A stretch of 47,712 nt of DNA from Coraliomargaritaceae bacterium (GCA_965656495.1 CBFHKU010000012.1:1-47712); one strand, 5' to 3'. Positions 11,680-23,855 are shown, counted from the stretch's first letter. Program-made: numbers and translations. Notes: a model not told the origin generated them from the sequence alone.

Positions 11680-11697
11680 GCTTTTAATGGCTTGGAA

Positions 11698-11773
11698 GTT
11701 GAACGTTCGATGTTCGAAGTTCGATGGGATTAGGATTAAGAGTAAGATTAAGAGTAAGAGTAATAGTAAGATT
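11698..11773. repeat. 7-mer array (gttcgat) followed by AAGATT/AAGAGT hexamer array, inverted relative to 9770-9866
   Basis: gttgaac gttcgat gttcgaa gttcgat; gattag gattaa gagtaa gattaa gagtaa gagtaa tagtaa gatt. Confidence 0.8.
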
Positions 11774-14700
11774 TAGAGGGAGGGGCGGGAGTGGCGTTTG
11801 AGGAAGGTTTGGATTTCTTTGAGTTTTGCGAGGGGGGTGCTGGCAGTGAGGCGGGGGAAGCGGCTGCCGTTTTTTAGGTAGGGTTCTTTTCCGGGGTTGG
11901 CGCGGTGGCAGATGAGGCGGTTGTCTTCGGTCTCGACGCGGCGGACTCCGGCGGTTTCGGCTTGGACGCGGATTTCGCTGACGGCGAGGAGGGTGCGGGC
12001 AGGGGTCGGGAGTTTTCCGAAGCGGTCGCGCATTTCGTCTTCGATGGCGCTGAGGGTTTGGGTATCGGGGGCGAGGGCGAGACGGCGGTAGAGGTCGATG
12101 CGGAGGCGGGGTTCGGCGATGTAGCTGGCGGGGAGTTCGGCGCGGTCTTTGAGGAAATCGAGTTGGACTTCGGCGCGGATGCGGTCGGCGCCGGGTTCGC
12201 CCTTGAGGCGGGCGACGGATTGTTTGAGGAGTTGGCAGTAGAGTTCAAAGCCGACGCCGGCGATGTGGCCGCTTTGTTGGGAACCGAGGAGGTTGCCGGC
12301 GCCGCGGAGTTCGAGGTCGCGCATCGCGATGCGGAAGCCTGCGCCGAGTTGGTTGTGTTGTTTGAGGGCGTTGAGGCGTTTGTGGGCTTGATCGACGAGG
12401 GCGGCGTGGCGGTGGAGGAGGAGGTAGGCGTAGGCCTGGCGTTTGAAACGCCCGACGCGTCCGCGGATCTGGTAGAGTTGGGAGAGCCCGAATCGGTCGG
12501 CGCCCTCGATGATGAGGGTGTTGCAGTTGGGGATGTCGATGCCGGATTCGATGATGGTGGTGCAGACGAGGACGTCGTATTCGCCCGCCACGAAACGCGC
12601 CATGATTTTTTCGAGGGCGAGGGCGGTCATTTGTCCGTGTCCGACCGCGACGCGGAGCTTTGGGTGCATTTCGCGGATCGTATCGGCGACCGCTTCGATG
12701 GTTTGGACGCGGTTGTGGAGGTAGAAGACTTGTCCGCCCCGGTCAATTTCGGCGCGGATCGCGTCTTTCACGATGGCGGGGTCGTAGCTTTGCACGATCG
12801 TTTCGATGGGTCGGCGGTCGGCGGGCGGGGTTTCGATGACCGACATGGAGCGGGCACCGGCGAGGGCGAGGTAGAGGGTGCGCGGGATGGGGGTGGCGGA
12901 GAGGGTGAGGATATCGACGGCGGCGCGAAATTCCTTGAGGCGTTCCTTGTGTTTCACGCCGAAGCGTTGTTCCTCGTCCACCACGAGGAGGCCGAGGTCT
13001 TTGAAATGGACGTCCTGACTGAGGAGGCGGTGGGTTCCAATGATGCAGTCGATGCGCCCTGCGGCGAGCTCTGCGAGGAGTTCACGGACTTTGCGGCTGG
13101 GGACGAGGCGGCTGACCTGTTCGACCCTGACGGGATAGGGCGCCATGCGTTCGCGGAAGGTGTTGAAGTGTTGTTGGCAAAGGACGGTGGTGGGGACGAG
13201 GACAGCCGCCTGTTTCCCCGAGAGGACTGCTTTGAGGACGGCGCGGATTGCGACCTCGGTTTTTCCGAAGCCGACGTCGCCGCAAATGAGGCGATCCATG
13301 GGGCGCGCCTGTTCCATGTCGGACTTGGTGGCTTCGATCGCGGCGAGCTGGTCGGGGGTTTCCTTGAAGGGGAAGGCGTCCTCAAATTCCTTTTGCCAGA
13401 AATGGTCTTCCGGGAAGGGAAAGCCCTCCGCCTGGTCGCGGGTGGCGTGGAGGCGGAGGAGTTGGGCGGCGTAATCGAGGGTGGCGGTTTCGGCGGCGCG
13501 GCGGGATTTTGCCCATGCCTTGCCGCCGATTTTGCTGAGTTTTGGGGCGGCTTTGGTGAGGCCTACGTAGCGCGTGAGGAGGTGGGATTCCGCGAGGGTG
13601 ACGTGGAGGGTCATGGCGTTCGCGAATTCCACGGAGAGGACTTCGCGGGGACCGTTGGGGGTCTCGAGTTTAACGTGACCCCGGAAGAGGCAGATCCCGT
13701 GCTGGAGGTGAACGAGCGGGTCGCCATCCGCGAGTTCCGAGAAGTCCAGCATTTGATCGACCTGGGAAAGAGAGGGTCGGGCGCGCTCGCGCCGCGCCGG
13801 TGCTGCCTTTGCGGGCTGACCGAGGAATTCGTCATCGGTAAAGAGGACGCAGCCGTGGGATTTGTCGGGGCGGGGGAGCGGGAACCAAGGTTCGCCCTTG
13901 TCGCGGATGATGAAGCCGCCCGGGAGGGTTCCGTCGAGGATTTCGACGCGGAGGGCGGCGGTGCGCGGGTCGTCCTCGAGGGCGTTGCGGAGGCGTTGGG
14001 CGCGGGTTTTGCCGGGGCAGATGGCGAAGAGGGCGAGTTTTTCTTGGGTGGCCCATTGATGGAGTTGTTCCTCGAAGCGGAGCAAATTGGCGGGGGCATT
14101 GGGGCGCGGGAGGTCGAGCGGTTCGGGGGAATCGAGACGATAATGGGCGGTGGGTTCGAGGGCGAGGGCGCGGCGGGGGGCGTCCTCAAAGAGGGCGGGG
14201 TTGGTATCGACTTCGCAGATGGCGATGCGGGCGTCCTTAGCGGCGGCGCGCGCCCGGAGGGCTTGGGGGACGCTGCGGATTTGCCCGGCGGGGGCGGGCG
14301 AGGGGTCGAAGCGGTAGGCGTGTTCGCGGGTGAGGAGGGCGGGTTCTTCGAGGATCCATGTGAGGGCGGTGCTGGGGAGGTAATCGAGGAGGGCGGCGTC
14401 CTGTTGGTCTTCGGAGGAATCGGAACCGGCGGCGGTGGGGACGGTGAGGGCTTCGGCGGTGCCGGTGGTGCGTTGGGTGGTGGGATCAAAGGTGCGGATG
14501 CTCTCGAGTTCATCGCCGAAGAAATCAAGGCGGTAGGGTTGGAGGGCGTCGAGCGGGTAGAGATCGAGGAGGCCCCCGCGAATCGCGAACTGTCCCGGGT
14601 TTTCACAGAGGGCTTCTGAATCGTAGTTGAGTTCGCGGGCGAGTTGTTCGGTGAGTTGCGCGAAGTCGTAGTGTTGCCCGATGCGGATTTCGAGGCGCGA

Positions 14701-15084
14701 ACGGTTGAATTGATCGCGGGGCGGGCAGGGGCCGAGGAGGGCTTCCGGGGTGGTGATAAGGAGGCGCGGGGCTTTCGGTTTGCGGAGGAGGGCGCCGAGT
14801 GCCTGAAGGCGTTCCCCGATACGGTCGGTGCGGCGGGCGAGGTCGATATTGGGCGGGGGCGCTTCCGGGAAAAAGAGGATTTCAGGCGGGGCGTCAGGGA
14901 GGAGCCAATTGGTGAGTTGGGCGGTCTCGGCGGCGAGGGCTTCGGCGCGGCGCGGCTCTGCGACAAGGAGGAGGTAGAGCCCCCGTCGTTCGGCCAGGAG
15001 GGTGCCATAGCAAGCCGCACGGGCGGCCTCACAAACCCCGTGCAAGAGGCGGGTTTTGCCTTTGTTGGGTTGGAGGGTTGGCAT
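11773..15084 (-). CDS. mfd: Transcription-repair coupling factor
   Basis: [12 protein letters not shown] (UvrB-like), VHLQHGI (RID), [51 protein letters not shown] overlaps the rnc stop (TAATG). Confidence 0.97.
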   Translation of the reverse strand: MPTLQPNKGKTRLLHGVCEAARAACYGTLLAERRGLYLLLVAEPRRAEALAAETAQLTNWLLPDAPPEILFFPEAPPPNIDLARRTDRIGERLQALGALLRKPKAPRLLITTPEALLGPCPPRDQFNRSRLEIRIGQHYDFAQLTEQLARELNYDSEALCENPGQFAIRGGLLDLYPLDALQPYRLDFFGDELESIRTFDPTTQRTTGTAEALTVPTAAGSDSSEDQQDAALLDYLPSTALTWILEEPALLTREHAYRFDPSPAPAGQIRSVPQALRARAAAKDARIAICEVDTNPALFEDAPRRALALEPTAHYRLDSPEPLDLPRPNAPANLLRFEEQLHQWATQEKLALFAICPGKTRAQRLRNALEDDPRTAALRVEILDGTLPGGFIIRDKGEPWFPLPRPDKSHGCVLFTDDEFLGQPAKAAPARRERARPSLSQVDQMLDFSELADGDPLVHLQHGICLFRGHVKLETPNGPREVLSVEFANAMTLHVTLAESHLLTRYVGLTKAAPKLSKIGGKAWAKSRRAAETATLDYAAQLLRLHATRDQAEGFPFPEDHFWQKEFEDAFPFKETPDQLAAIEATKSDMEQARPMDRLICGDVGFGKTEVAIRAVLKAVLSGKQAAVLVPTTVLCQQHFNTFRERMAPYPVRVEQVSRLVPSRKVRELLAELAAGRIDCIIGTHRLLSQDVHFKDLGLLVVDEEQRFGVKHKERLKEFRAAVDILTLSATPIPRTLYLALAGARSMSVIETPPADRRPIETIVQSYDPAIVKDAIRAEIDRGGQVFYLHNRVQTIEAVADTIREMHPKLRVAVGHGQMTALALEKIMARFVAGEYDVLVCTTIIESGIDIPNCNTLIIEGADRFGLSQLYQIRGRVGRFKRQAYAYLLLHRHAALVDQAHKRLNALKQHNQLGAGFRIAMRDLELRGAGNLLGSQQSGHIAGVGFELYCQLLKQSVARLKGEPGADRIRAEVQLDFLKDRAELPASYIAEPRLRIDLYRRLALAPDTQTLSAIEDEMRDRFGKLPTPARTLLAVSEIRVQAETAGVRRVETEDNRLICHRANPGKEPYLKNGSRFPRLTASTPLAKLKEIQTFLKRHSRPSL

Positions 15085-15764
15085 TAGTTGAGCTTGAGGG
15101 CTTCGAGGGCGGCTTCGGCGGCAGCGCATTCTGCGGCTTTCTTGGAACGACCACGACCACGGGCAATTTCCTTTTCGAGGATGGAAACGGCGCAGGTATA
15201 ATGGCGGTCGTGCTCGGGGCCTTCCGGGTCGAGCTGGTGATAGTGCGGGGTGTGTCCGTCGTATTTGCCCTGAGTGAATTCCTGAAGGCGGGACTTTGGG
15301 TTGCCCGCTTGGAGTGGGTTGGCGTTTTGAAGGGCTTCAGAAAAGAGCGCCGTGACGACGCCTTGGGCGGACTCCAATCCACCGTCGAGGTAAACCGCGC
15401 CGATGAGGGCTTCGAGGGCGTCTTCCAGCATGGCGTCGCTTGGATCGGGATGATGACTGCGCTGCGCCTCGCTGACGCGGAGGGTTTCGTTGAGTTGCAT
15501 GCTGCGTGCGATGGCTGCGAGGGCGCGGCCATTGACGATACAGGCGCGCATGCGGTCGAGGGCGCCCTCGTCCGCCTCCGGGAATTGCGCGTAGAGTTGG
15601 GAGGCGATAAGGAGGTCGAGGACGGCGTCGCCAAGGAATTCGAGTCGTTGGTTATTGCCGGTGGGGAGGGTGAGGCTCGGATGAGTGAGGGCGCGTTTGA
15701 GGTGTTCGGGATCCTGAAAGGTGTAGCCGAGGCGTTCCTGGAGTTGGTCGAAGGGGTCGGACAT
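15084..15764 (-). CDS. rnc: Ribonuclease III
   Basis: [29 protein letters not shown]-terminal dsRBD (NPKSRLQE...[12 protein letters not shown]). Confidence 0.96.
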   Translation of the reverse strand: MSDPFDQLQERLGYTFQDPEHLKRALTHPSLTLPTGNNQRLEFLGDAVLDLLIASQLYAQFPEADEGALDRMRACIVNGRALAAIARSMQLNETLRVSEAQRSHHPDPSDAMLEDALEALIGAVYLDGGLESAQGVVTALFSEALQNANPLQAGNPKSRLQEFTQGKYDGHTPHYHQLDPEGPEHDRHYTCAVSILEKEIARGRGRSKKAAECAAAEAALEALKLN

Positions 15765-15854
15765 TGCGAAATTTGTGAGTCAAAGGGTTTTCCTGCTTGC
15801 GCCGGACGGACTGTCCAGCATAGGGCTAGATTATGTAAATCACGTCCGGAATCA

Positions 15855-17447
<1,593 letters not shown>

Positions 17448-17549
17448 GGCGGTGCGGGAATTGCTTGAATCGCGGCGCGTTATAGGGGATAGGATAGGAT
17501 AGCGGTCGAGATTTTCGGCTGCGCTTATATTACGAACTACAGACAAACG

Positions 17550-18794
17550 ATGCGCGTATTACTGACTTCGCACGGCTCCACAGGAGACATCTATCCGGTG
17601 ATCGGGTTGGGTCGTGCTTTGGTGGAGGCGGGGCACGAGGTGCGATTTGCCTCGGCGCGGTTATTTCGTGAAGAGATTGAGCGGGCGGGTTTGGAATATG
17701 TGTATTTACCGCCGGATTGGGATCAGACGGGTTTTGCGGAGGCGATGCGGGATTTGACGAAGGCGAAGAACCCGGTGGATTTGGTGCGGATCATTTACTC
17801 CGAGTCCTTGCCGTTTTTGGAGGAGATATTGAGGACGCTGGATGCGGAGCTCTCGCGGGCGGATTTATTTGTGAGCAGTTATTTGTTTGCGAGTTTATGC
17901 ACGCTGGCGCGGATGCGGGGTGTGCCCTGCGCGGTGACGACTTTTGCGCACAACGCGGTACCCTCTTTGAGTCATCCACCGCAGGGGGTGCCGCGCCTCT
18001 TGCCCTTCCCGCCGTATTTTCGCCGCAAATGGAACGCTCTGGGCTGGCACATCGCGGACCGCATATTTTGCTGGCAGATCAATCAGGTGGTGGGGGAGGC
18101 GGCGGTACGCTACGGAATCGGCCGCACGCAGAGTTTCCTGCTCGATCCGGCGGACAAGGTGATCGTGACGGTTTCGCCGAGCTTGTTTATGCCCAAGCGC
18201 CTGTGGAATGACCGCTTCGTCTTTTCCGGTTATTTGCGCTGGCAATCGGAGGAGGATCCCGGGCTGGAGTCGCGACTGGAGGCGTTTTGCGCGGGGGAAC
18301 GGGTGCCAATCCTAACTTTCGGGAGTGTGACTTTTGACAAGGCGCGGATGGTGATGACGCGCTTTATGCGGAATTGGCCCAAGGGGAAGCGCATCATCAT
18401 CCAATCCGGCTGGGCGGGTCTGACGATTGAGCGGCCGCGAGCGGAGATGTTATGTGTGGACAAGGTATCGCACGACCAACTTTTCCAGCACGCTTCATTG
18501 GTGATTCACCACGGCGGGGCGGGCACGACTGCAAGCGTGCTCCATGCGGGGGTACCGCACGTGATCATCCCGCATATTGGGGACCAATGGTTTTTTGCGG
18601 GAGAGATGAAGCGTCTGGGCGTGGGCTTGGAATTGAAGCGTTCGAAATGGCCGGAGGAATTACCGAAGGCGGTACGCAATATTGAGCGCAATGGGAAGTT
18701 TTCCAGACGGGCCGCTGAGGTGAAGGAAATCTTGCAGGCTGAGGATGGCCCTGCGACCGCAGTGCGTGAATTGGAGTCGATGGTTGTCTCGTAA
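17550..18794 (+). CDS. GT-B (GT1-like) glycosyltransferase
   Basis: HGSTGDIYP N-terminal motif; HHGGAGTT...GVPHVIIPHIGDQWF. Confidence 0.88.
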   Translation: MRVLLTSHGSTGDIYPVIGLGRALVEAGHEVRFASARLFREEIERAGLEYVYLPPDWDQTGFAEAMRDLTKAKNPVDLVRIIYSESLPFLEEILRTLDAELSRADLFVSSYLFASLCTLARMRGVPCAVTTFAHNAVPSLSHPPQGVPRLLPFPPYFRRKWNALGWHIADRIFCWQINQVVGEAAVRYGIGRTQSFLLDPADKVIVTVSPSLFMPKRLWNDRFVFSGYLRWQSEEDPGLESRLEAFCAGERVPILTFGSVTFDKARMVMTRFMRNWPKGKRIIIQSGWAGLTIERPRAEMLCVDKVSHDQLFQHASLVIHHGGAGTTASVLHAGVPHVIIPHIGDQWFFAGEMKRLGVGLELKRSKWPEELPKAVRNIERNGKFSRRAAEVKEILQAEDGPATAVRELESMVVS

Positions 18795-18918
18795 GTAGCA
18801 GATATTTTGCTGAAACTTTTGCGGCTGGTTAACGATGTAAGTTAATTCCAGTTTTTATTTATTCTTTTCTGGCAAAACTTGCCAGAGGGGAGCCGAGGCT
18901 AATATTATGTAGTTAATT

Positions 18919-20889
18919 ATGAATCGTCTACCGTTGCCCCTTCTGTTGATCCTCGCCCTTTTGATGGGCTGGGGCTTGAGCCATGTATTTTCACCTGCGC
19001 CGGAGGGGCGGGATGATTCCGGGACGCCGGGACAAACGACGGCTGCCTCCTCAAGGGGAAGCGCTGAGGGTGAGTCAGCGGGGGAGGTGGCGGCTGCGAC
19101 TGAAACCGCAAGAGGGGAATCCCTCGAGGGGGAAGGTCAGGACGAGGAGCCTATTAGCGTGGAGCTGATGACGGAGCGGATAAATGAATTGTCGAACTCG
19201 CCCTCGATGTCGAATGCGCGTGAGACGCTGGATTTGATTGCGGGGCTATCGCAGGATGGCTTGCGGGAATTACTGTTGAATGATGATAGCAGCGGCTGGG
19301 GAATGAGCGACGGGATGGTTTCCAGTTTGGCGTTTATGGCTTGGGTGGACCGCGACCCACAGGCCGCCTTTGATTTTTATCAAAATGAATTACCGACGGG
19401 GAACCGCTCGCGACACAGCATGTCGCTTTTTTCGGCCTGGGCGGGGGTGGATCCCGAAGCGGCGGCTGCAGCGGCGGCGCAGATTGAGTCCGGTCACGAT
19501 CGTTCTCTGGCGAATTATGCGATTGCGCGGGCGATGTTGGACACAGATCCGAACCGAGCTTTTGAGGTCTTGGAGCAAGGCGGGGGTGAGATGCGGGGAT
19601 GGCGTTACAATGCCTTGTTTGCGCAATGGGCGGGGAAGGATCCCGCCGGTGCGCTGGCAAAGATCGAAACCCTGCCGGGCGGGGAGATGCGCGATAATGC
19701 CCTGCAGGGATATGTTATTGCGTTGAGTCGGGAGGACCCCGAGGCGGCGGGAAATTTTGCCTTGAATTTGCCGGATGCGGATCAACGGGCGCGGGTGATG
19801 CCGCGTTTGATGTATGAGTGGGTGCGACGTGACATGGACGGGGCACTGGCTTTTTTGGGAGATTTGCCGAACGATGGAACGAAGAATGAAATCATCCGCA
19901 ACAGCATGTGGAGTCTGACGCGGAGTGATCCGGTGCAGGCTTATAACTTTGTGGTGGATAATATGACGGGGAAGGCGCGGGATGATGCGCTGGGTCAGGT
20001 GGTCGGTGAATTGGCGCGCCGCGACCCGATGCAGGTTCTCCAGATTATCGACAGTTTGCCCTTTGGTCGCGCCTATGAGAATGCGGTGAGTAGTCTCGCG
20101 AATCGTTGGGGCCGGGAGGATCCCATCGCGGCGATGGAATGGGTGCAGAGCTTGCAGGATGGGCCGGAAAAAGGGAATGCACGCCGAGCGGTTTTGAATG
20201 CCTTTGCGAGCAATGACAAGGAGGGAGCGATGGAATACCTCCGGACGATCCCGCCCGGTACGGACAAGAATACATTGGTGACGAATCTTGCGCGGGAGTT
20301 AACAAAGGACAACCCCGAGGCGGCCTTGGACTGGGCGGCTACGATGCCGGACAGTAATCTTGCCAATCGCGCGCGGAACTCGGTTTTACGGGAATGGGCG
20401 GGTCGCGACCCGGTGGGGATGATTGCGCATTTGGAGCGAAGCGGTGACACGGAGGCATTGATAAGTCAGGCGTCTATCCTGGCGAGCAGTTATGCCCGTC
20501 AGGATGCTGGAAGTGCGGCGGTTTGGGCATTGGGTCTGGAGGATCCAAAGGCACAAATCAAGGCGATGGAAGAAGTGACTGAAGAATGGCTGGATCACGA
20601 CACCTACGAGGCAACGGTATGGATCTCGGAACTGGACAAAGGGCCGGCCCGTGACAAGGCAGTACAGGAACTGGTGCAAAAGGTGCGGCGGACCGATACG
20701 CCCTCGGCCCTGACCTGGGGTTTGACGATCGACAACCGGAAAAACCGCCAGCAATCGGTGAACGGACTCTTGCGCACGATGAAGAACAACGGTCAGGAGG
20801 CGGAGGCGCGGCAGATGTTGAAGAGCAGCGATTTGCCGGAGGGCGAGGTCAATAAATATCTGGAGCTTCTGGAGGACAAGACCACCTAG
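18919..20889 (+). CDS. Exported/anchored alpha-helical (HEAT-like) repeat protein
   Basis: N-terminal hydrophobic segment, acidic linker, many repeats of W...DP.AA..(W/F). Confidence 0.75.
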   Translation: MNRLPLPLLLILALLMGWGLSHVFSPAPEGRDDSGTPGQTTAASSRGSAEGESAGEVAAATETARGESLEGEGQDEEPISVELMTERINELSNSPSMSNARETLDLIAGLSQDGLRELLLNDDSSGWGMSDGMVSSLAFMAWVDRDPQAAFDFYQNELPTGNRSRHSMSLFSAWAGVDPEAAAAAAAQIESGHDRSLANYAIARAMLDTDPNRAFEVLEQGGGEMRGWRYNALFAQWAGKDPAGALAKIETLPGGEMRDNALQGYVIALSREDPEAAGNFALNLPDADQRARVMPRLMYEWVRRDMDGALAFLGDLPNDGTKNEIIRNSMWSLTRSDPVQAYNFVVDNMTGKARDDALGQVVGELARRDPMQVLQIIDSLPFGRAYENAVSSLANRWGREDPIAAMEWVQSLQDGPEKGNARRAVLNAFASNDKEGAMEYLRTIPPGTDKNTLVTNLARELTKDNPEAALDWAATMPDSNLANRARNSVLREWAGRDPVGMIAHLERSGDTEALISQASILASSYARQDAGSAAVWALGLEDPKAQIKAMEEVTEEWLDHDTYEATVWISELDKGPARDKAVQELVQKVRRTDTPSALTWGLTIDNRKNRQQSVNGLLRTMKNNGQEAEARQMLKSSDLPEGEVNKYLELLEDKTT

Positions 20890-21363
20890 GGCGGCTTCGC
20901 TCTTGGCGTCTTCCATTTCCTTTTAGGGAGATACGCTTGGAACTAGGGGACTAGGCGGCGGATTTGCTCTGAGGCTTTGTGGGGTTTTAGTGGGCTTTTG
21001 CTGAGATTTGATGAGGTATGTATACCTTATAGACCTATGCTATTTCAAATTATGCGTTTAATCGCCCGCTGTATTTACCGCATCTTTGCCTGACTCAATA
21101 AGAATCATGGAAGCAACGAACGCATGAGTTCGATAATGCGGATTAGCAGCGTAATCGAATTTCAGTAAGTCCGTTTCATTCAAGTTTTTACTGATTAATA
21201 TTTAATAGGCTTAAAATTTTAAATTTTAAGGAATTGAAATTTAAATGGGTTTAAATAAGAATTATTTAAATAGACAAATAAATGTTTGACAAACAACAAA
21301 TAAGGTATAAGCGTATATTGTATGAAAAACGATGTTAATAATAGTAAATATACACTAATAAAA

Positions 21364-22110
21364 ATGAAGTATGTCTTTTTCATGAGTCTGTTATTTTCCG
21401 GAACAGCGTTCGGAATAAACACTCAGGTAAGATCAACTTTTTCAAACGGAAGCGTTGGGGTGCACGAGATCCGTCGAAGTGGTTGGGATAGTACACCTGA
21501 AGATCAGAAAGAATACAATTTTCTTTCTTTCCTGGCAGGAGGTTCTAATCCCTCGACTGGTGTTTTCACTGAAGGTGGTTATCACTATGCCGTGATGGTC
21601 TATAAACTTCCGGTATCACCACCCGGAGAGTTTTTTATGGATGGAGCCTCCGTCAGCGAATTTAAATTTGATCGAGCTTATGGATCTGGGGACATGCCAG
21701 AGTTGAATCTTCGTGTCGTATCTGTCTCGGATGCTTACCCGCAATTAGAAGCGGATAAAGCTACCTATGATTATGTTTTAGGAGGTACTATAGTAGCTAG
21801 GAATTTTTTGTCTGGAGCGAGCCAAATATCTGGGGGCACGGTCACCGAAACATTGGAAGCGACTGAATTAACAAGTTTAACGAATGCAATAAAGAGTGGA
21901 GGATATGATGGAACGCAGGAAAAATATCTCACGCTTTCGATCTCGTTGCATTCTATACCCACAGCAGGTTCATATGCGGGATTTAAATCCGATTCTTTCA
22001 GTATGGACTTATATACGGCAGTGCCTGAGCCCGCTACCTATGCCTTGATAATGGGTAGTCTGGTTGCTGCAATTATTTTGGTCAATAAACGCAAGAAGGG
22101 CAAGAGATGA
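21364..22110 (+). CDS. PEP-CTERM sorting-domain surface protein (AT-rich gene)
   Basis: Signal peptide MKYVFFMSLLFSGTAFG; C-terminal VPEPATYALIMGSLVAAIILVNKRKKGKR; alternative start 21322. Confidence 0.85.
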   Translation: MKYVFFMSLLFSGTAFGINTQVRSTFSNGSVGVHEIRRSGWDSTPEDQKEYNFLSFLAGGSNPSTGVFTEGGYHYAVMVYKLPVSPPGEFFMDGASVSEFKFDRAYGSGDMPELNLRVVSVSDAYPQLEADKATYDYVLGGTIVARNFLSGASQISGGTVTETLEATELTSLTNAIKSGGYDGTQEKYLTLSISLHSIPTAGSYAGFKSDSFSMDLYTAVPEPATYALIMGSLVAAIILVNKRKKGKR

Positions 22111-22180
22111 TGATTCATTCCGCAGGCTGCGAGCTTGTTGTTAGTTCGTGCTGATAGCGTCTCTTTAAAGGTTTAAAAAC

Positions 22181-22214
22181 AAAAACATCCATCTGTAAGT
22201 GGATGTTTTTTTTT
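22181..22214. terminator. Probable bidirectional intrinsic terminator
   Basis: aaaaacatcca-tctgtaag-tggatgttttttttt between convergent genes. Confidence 0.8.
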
Positions 22215-22223
22215 ATAACTTTC

Positions 22224-23855
22224 TTAAGAAATTTTCTTTGAATCTTCGAGTTCTTTTTCGAGTCGTACGATGTACTCAGAGACATTACAAGTTAAGAGGC
22301 GAGTCGAGCCAGGGGAGACCTCAAGGACTTTGTTCACGACCCCGTCGAGGAAGGCGCGGTCGTGGGAGACGAGGATGACGGTGCCATCAAAGGCGTTGAT
22401 GGCATCCTGTAGAACTTCCTTGGATTTGATGTCGAGGTGATTGGTTGGTTCGTCGAGGATGAGGCAGTTGCCGGGCTTCATGAGCATTTTGGCAAGGGCG
22501 ACGCGGTTTTTTTCGCCACCGGAAAGGACTGCGGTTTTTTTGAGGGCTTCGTCACCGGAGAAGAGGAGGGCGCCGAGGGCGGCGCGGGGGTTGGCCTCGG
22601 CGTTATCGATGGCGGCGGATTCGACTTCTTCGAGGACGGATTTAGCGGGGTCAAGTTCGTCGGCTTGGGATTGGGCGAAGTAACTGATGACGGTGTTGAG
22701 TCCCTTCTCGATAGAGCCGTCCTGGTAGGGTTCGCAATCTGCCATGATGCGAGCGAGGGTGGATTTACCGGCACCGTTCACGCCGACTACTGCGATGCGG
22801 TCGCCTTTGTCGATACGGAGGTCGAGCCCGTCAAAGATGACGTTATCGCCGTAGGCTTTGTGGAGGTTGGAAATAGTAATAACCTTCGAGCTTGCGGGGG
22901 GCGGTGGGGGGAAGCGGAAGAAGATTTTTTTCTCCTCGCGGGGGATGGTGATGCGCTCCATTTTTTCAAGCTGTTTAATGCGCGATTGCACCATGCTGGC
23001 TTTTTTGACGTTGGAACGGAATTTGTTGATGAAGTCCTTGATGTCGGAGATTTCGCGTTGCTGGTTTTTGTAGGCTTTGCGAAGGGTTTCGAGGCGCTGC
23101 TCAGTTTCCTTGAGGTAAAAGGAATAGTTGCCCTTGAAGGAGTTGAGGTTGCCGAGTTTGAGTTCGAGGGTGCGGTTTGTCACGGTATCGAGGAAGGCGC
23201 GGTCGTGCGAAATGATGATGAGGGCGCCTTGGTAATGGCTGAGATAGTTTTCCACCCAATTCTGAGAGACGATGTCGAGGTGATTGGTCGGTTCGTCGAG
23301 AATGATAAGGGAGGGGCTTTGGAGGAGGAGCTTGGCGAGGGCGATACGCATTTGCCAGCCGCCGGAGAACTCGCCGGTGTCGCGTTGAAAATCTGAATCC
23401 TTAAAGCCCATACCGAGGAGGATCCGCTCGATGCGGGACTTCATTTTTTGGGGTTCGTAGTCCTCGAGTTGTTGTTCCCATTCGCCGACCGCATCGATGA
23501 GATCGTAGTATTCCTCAGCTTCGGTGTCCATTTCCAGCATTGCCTCATCCGCTTTCGCAATTTTTTCCTGCAACTGAAGAATGTCTCCAAAAGCGCTCTC
23601 CGCCTCCGCATAGAGGGTTTTTCCGGCGACTTCGATGCCGTCTTGAGGCAGGTAACCGATGGAGACATAATCGGGTTTATCGAAGCTTCCCTTATCGGAT
23701 TCGACTTCGCCCATAATCATGCGCAGAAGGGTGGTCTTACCGGAGCCGTTGGCACCTACGAGGCCGATGCGGTCGCGGGGGCCGATGACGCCATTGATGG
23801 CGTTGTAGAGGGTTTTTTTACCGTAGTGGTGAGTGACTTGATTGATGGTGATCAT
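22224..23855 (-). CDS. ABC-F family ribosome-associated ATPase
   Basis: Two ABC domains (GANGSGKT/FSGGWQMR/DEPTNHLD; GVNGAGKS/LSGGEKNR/DEPTNHLD), no TM, GNYS linker. Confidence 0.92.
   Translation of the reverse strand: MITINQVTHHYGKKTLYNAINGVIGPRDRIGLVGANGSGKTTLLRMIMGEVESDKGSFDKPDYVSIGYLPQDGIEVAGKTLYAEAESAFGDILQLQEKIAKADEAMLEMDTEAEEYYDLIDAVGEWEQQLEDYEPQKMKSRIERILLGMGFKDSDFQRDTGEFSGGWQMRIALAKLLLQSPSLIILDEPTNHLDIVSQNWVENYLSHYQGALIIISHDRAFLDTVTNRTLELKLGNLNSFKGNYSFYLKETEQRLETLRKAYKNQQREISDIKDFINKFRSNVKKASMVQSRIKQLEKMERITIPREEKKIFFRFPPPPPASSKVITISNLHKAYGDNVIFDGLDLRIDKGDRIAVVGVNGAGKSTLARIMADCEPYQDGSIEKGLNTVISYFAQSQADELDPAKSVLEEVESAAIDNAEANPRAALGALLFSGDEALKKTAVLSGGEKNRVALAKMLMKPGNCLILDEPTNHLDIKSKEVLQDAINAFDGTVILVSHDRAFLDGVVNKVLEVSPGSTRLLTCNVSEYIVRLEKELEDSKKIS

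Noticed and set aside
11905..14619. 904-aa + strand ORF and similar long antisense ORFs (10354-11250, 22437-23396, 27612-28664, 31860-33461, 13611-15032)
   Set aside because: Shadow frames of mfd, surA, ABC-F, polA and rnr. The strong C-ending codon bias removes stops in other frames; products are low-complexity with no motifs.
15813..15841. dif-like sequence GTCCAGCATAG-GGCTAGA-TTATGTAAATC
   Set aside because: 7-nt spacer, poor XerC arm, and it lies in the short divergent rnc/PIN-PhoH promoter region.
15078..15854. Apparent 260-aa N-terminal extension of PIN-PhoH
   Set aside because: Entirely antisense to rnc; the PIN domain begins shortly after ATG 15855.
21286..21319. Sigma70 promoter for the PEP-CTERM gene (TTGACA at 21286)
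   Set aside because: Candidate -10 hexamers are at 14 or 22 nt spacing; likely chance in AT-rich DNA.
21219..21422. 67-aa hydrophobic - strand ORF
   Set aside because: Antisense to the PEP-CTERM gene start; hydrophobicity is explained by AT-richness.
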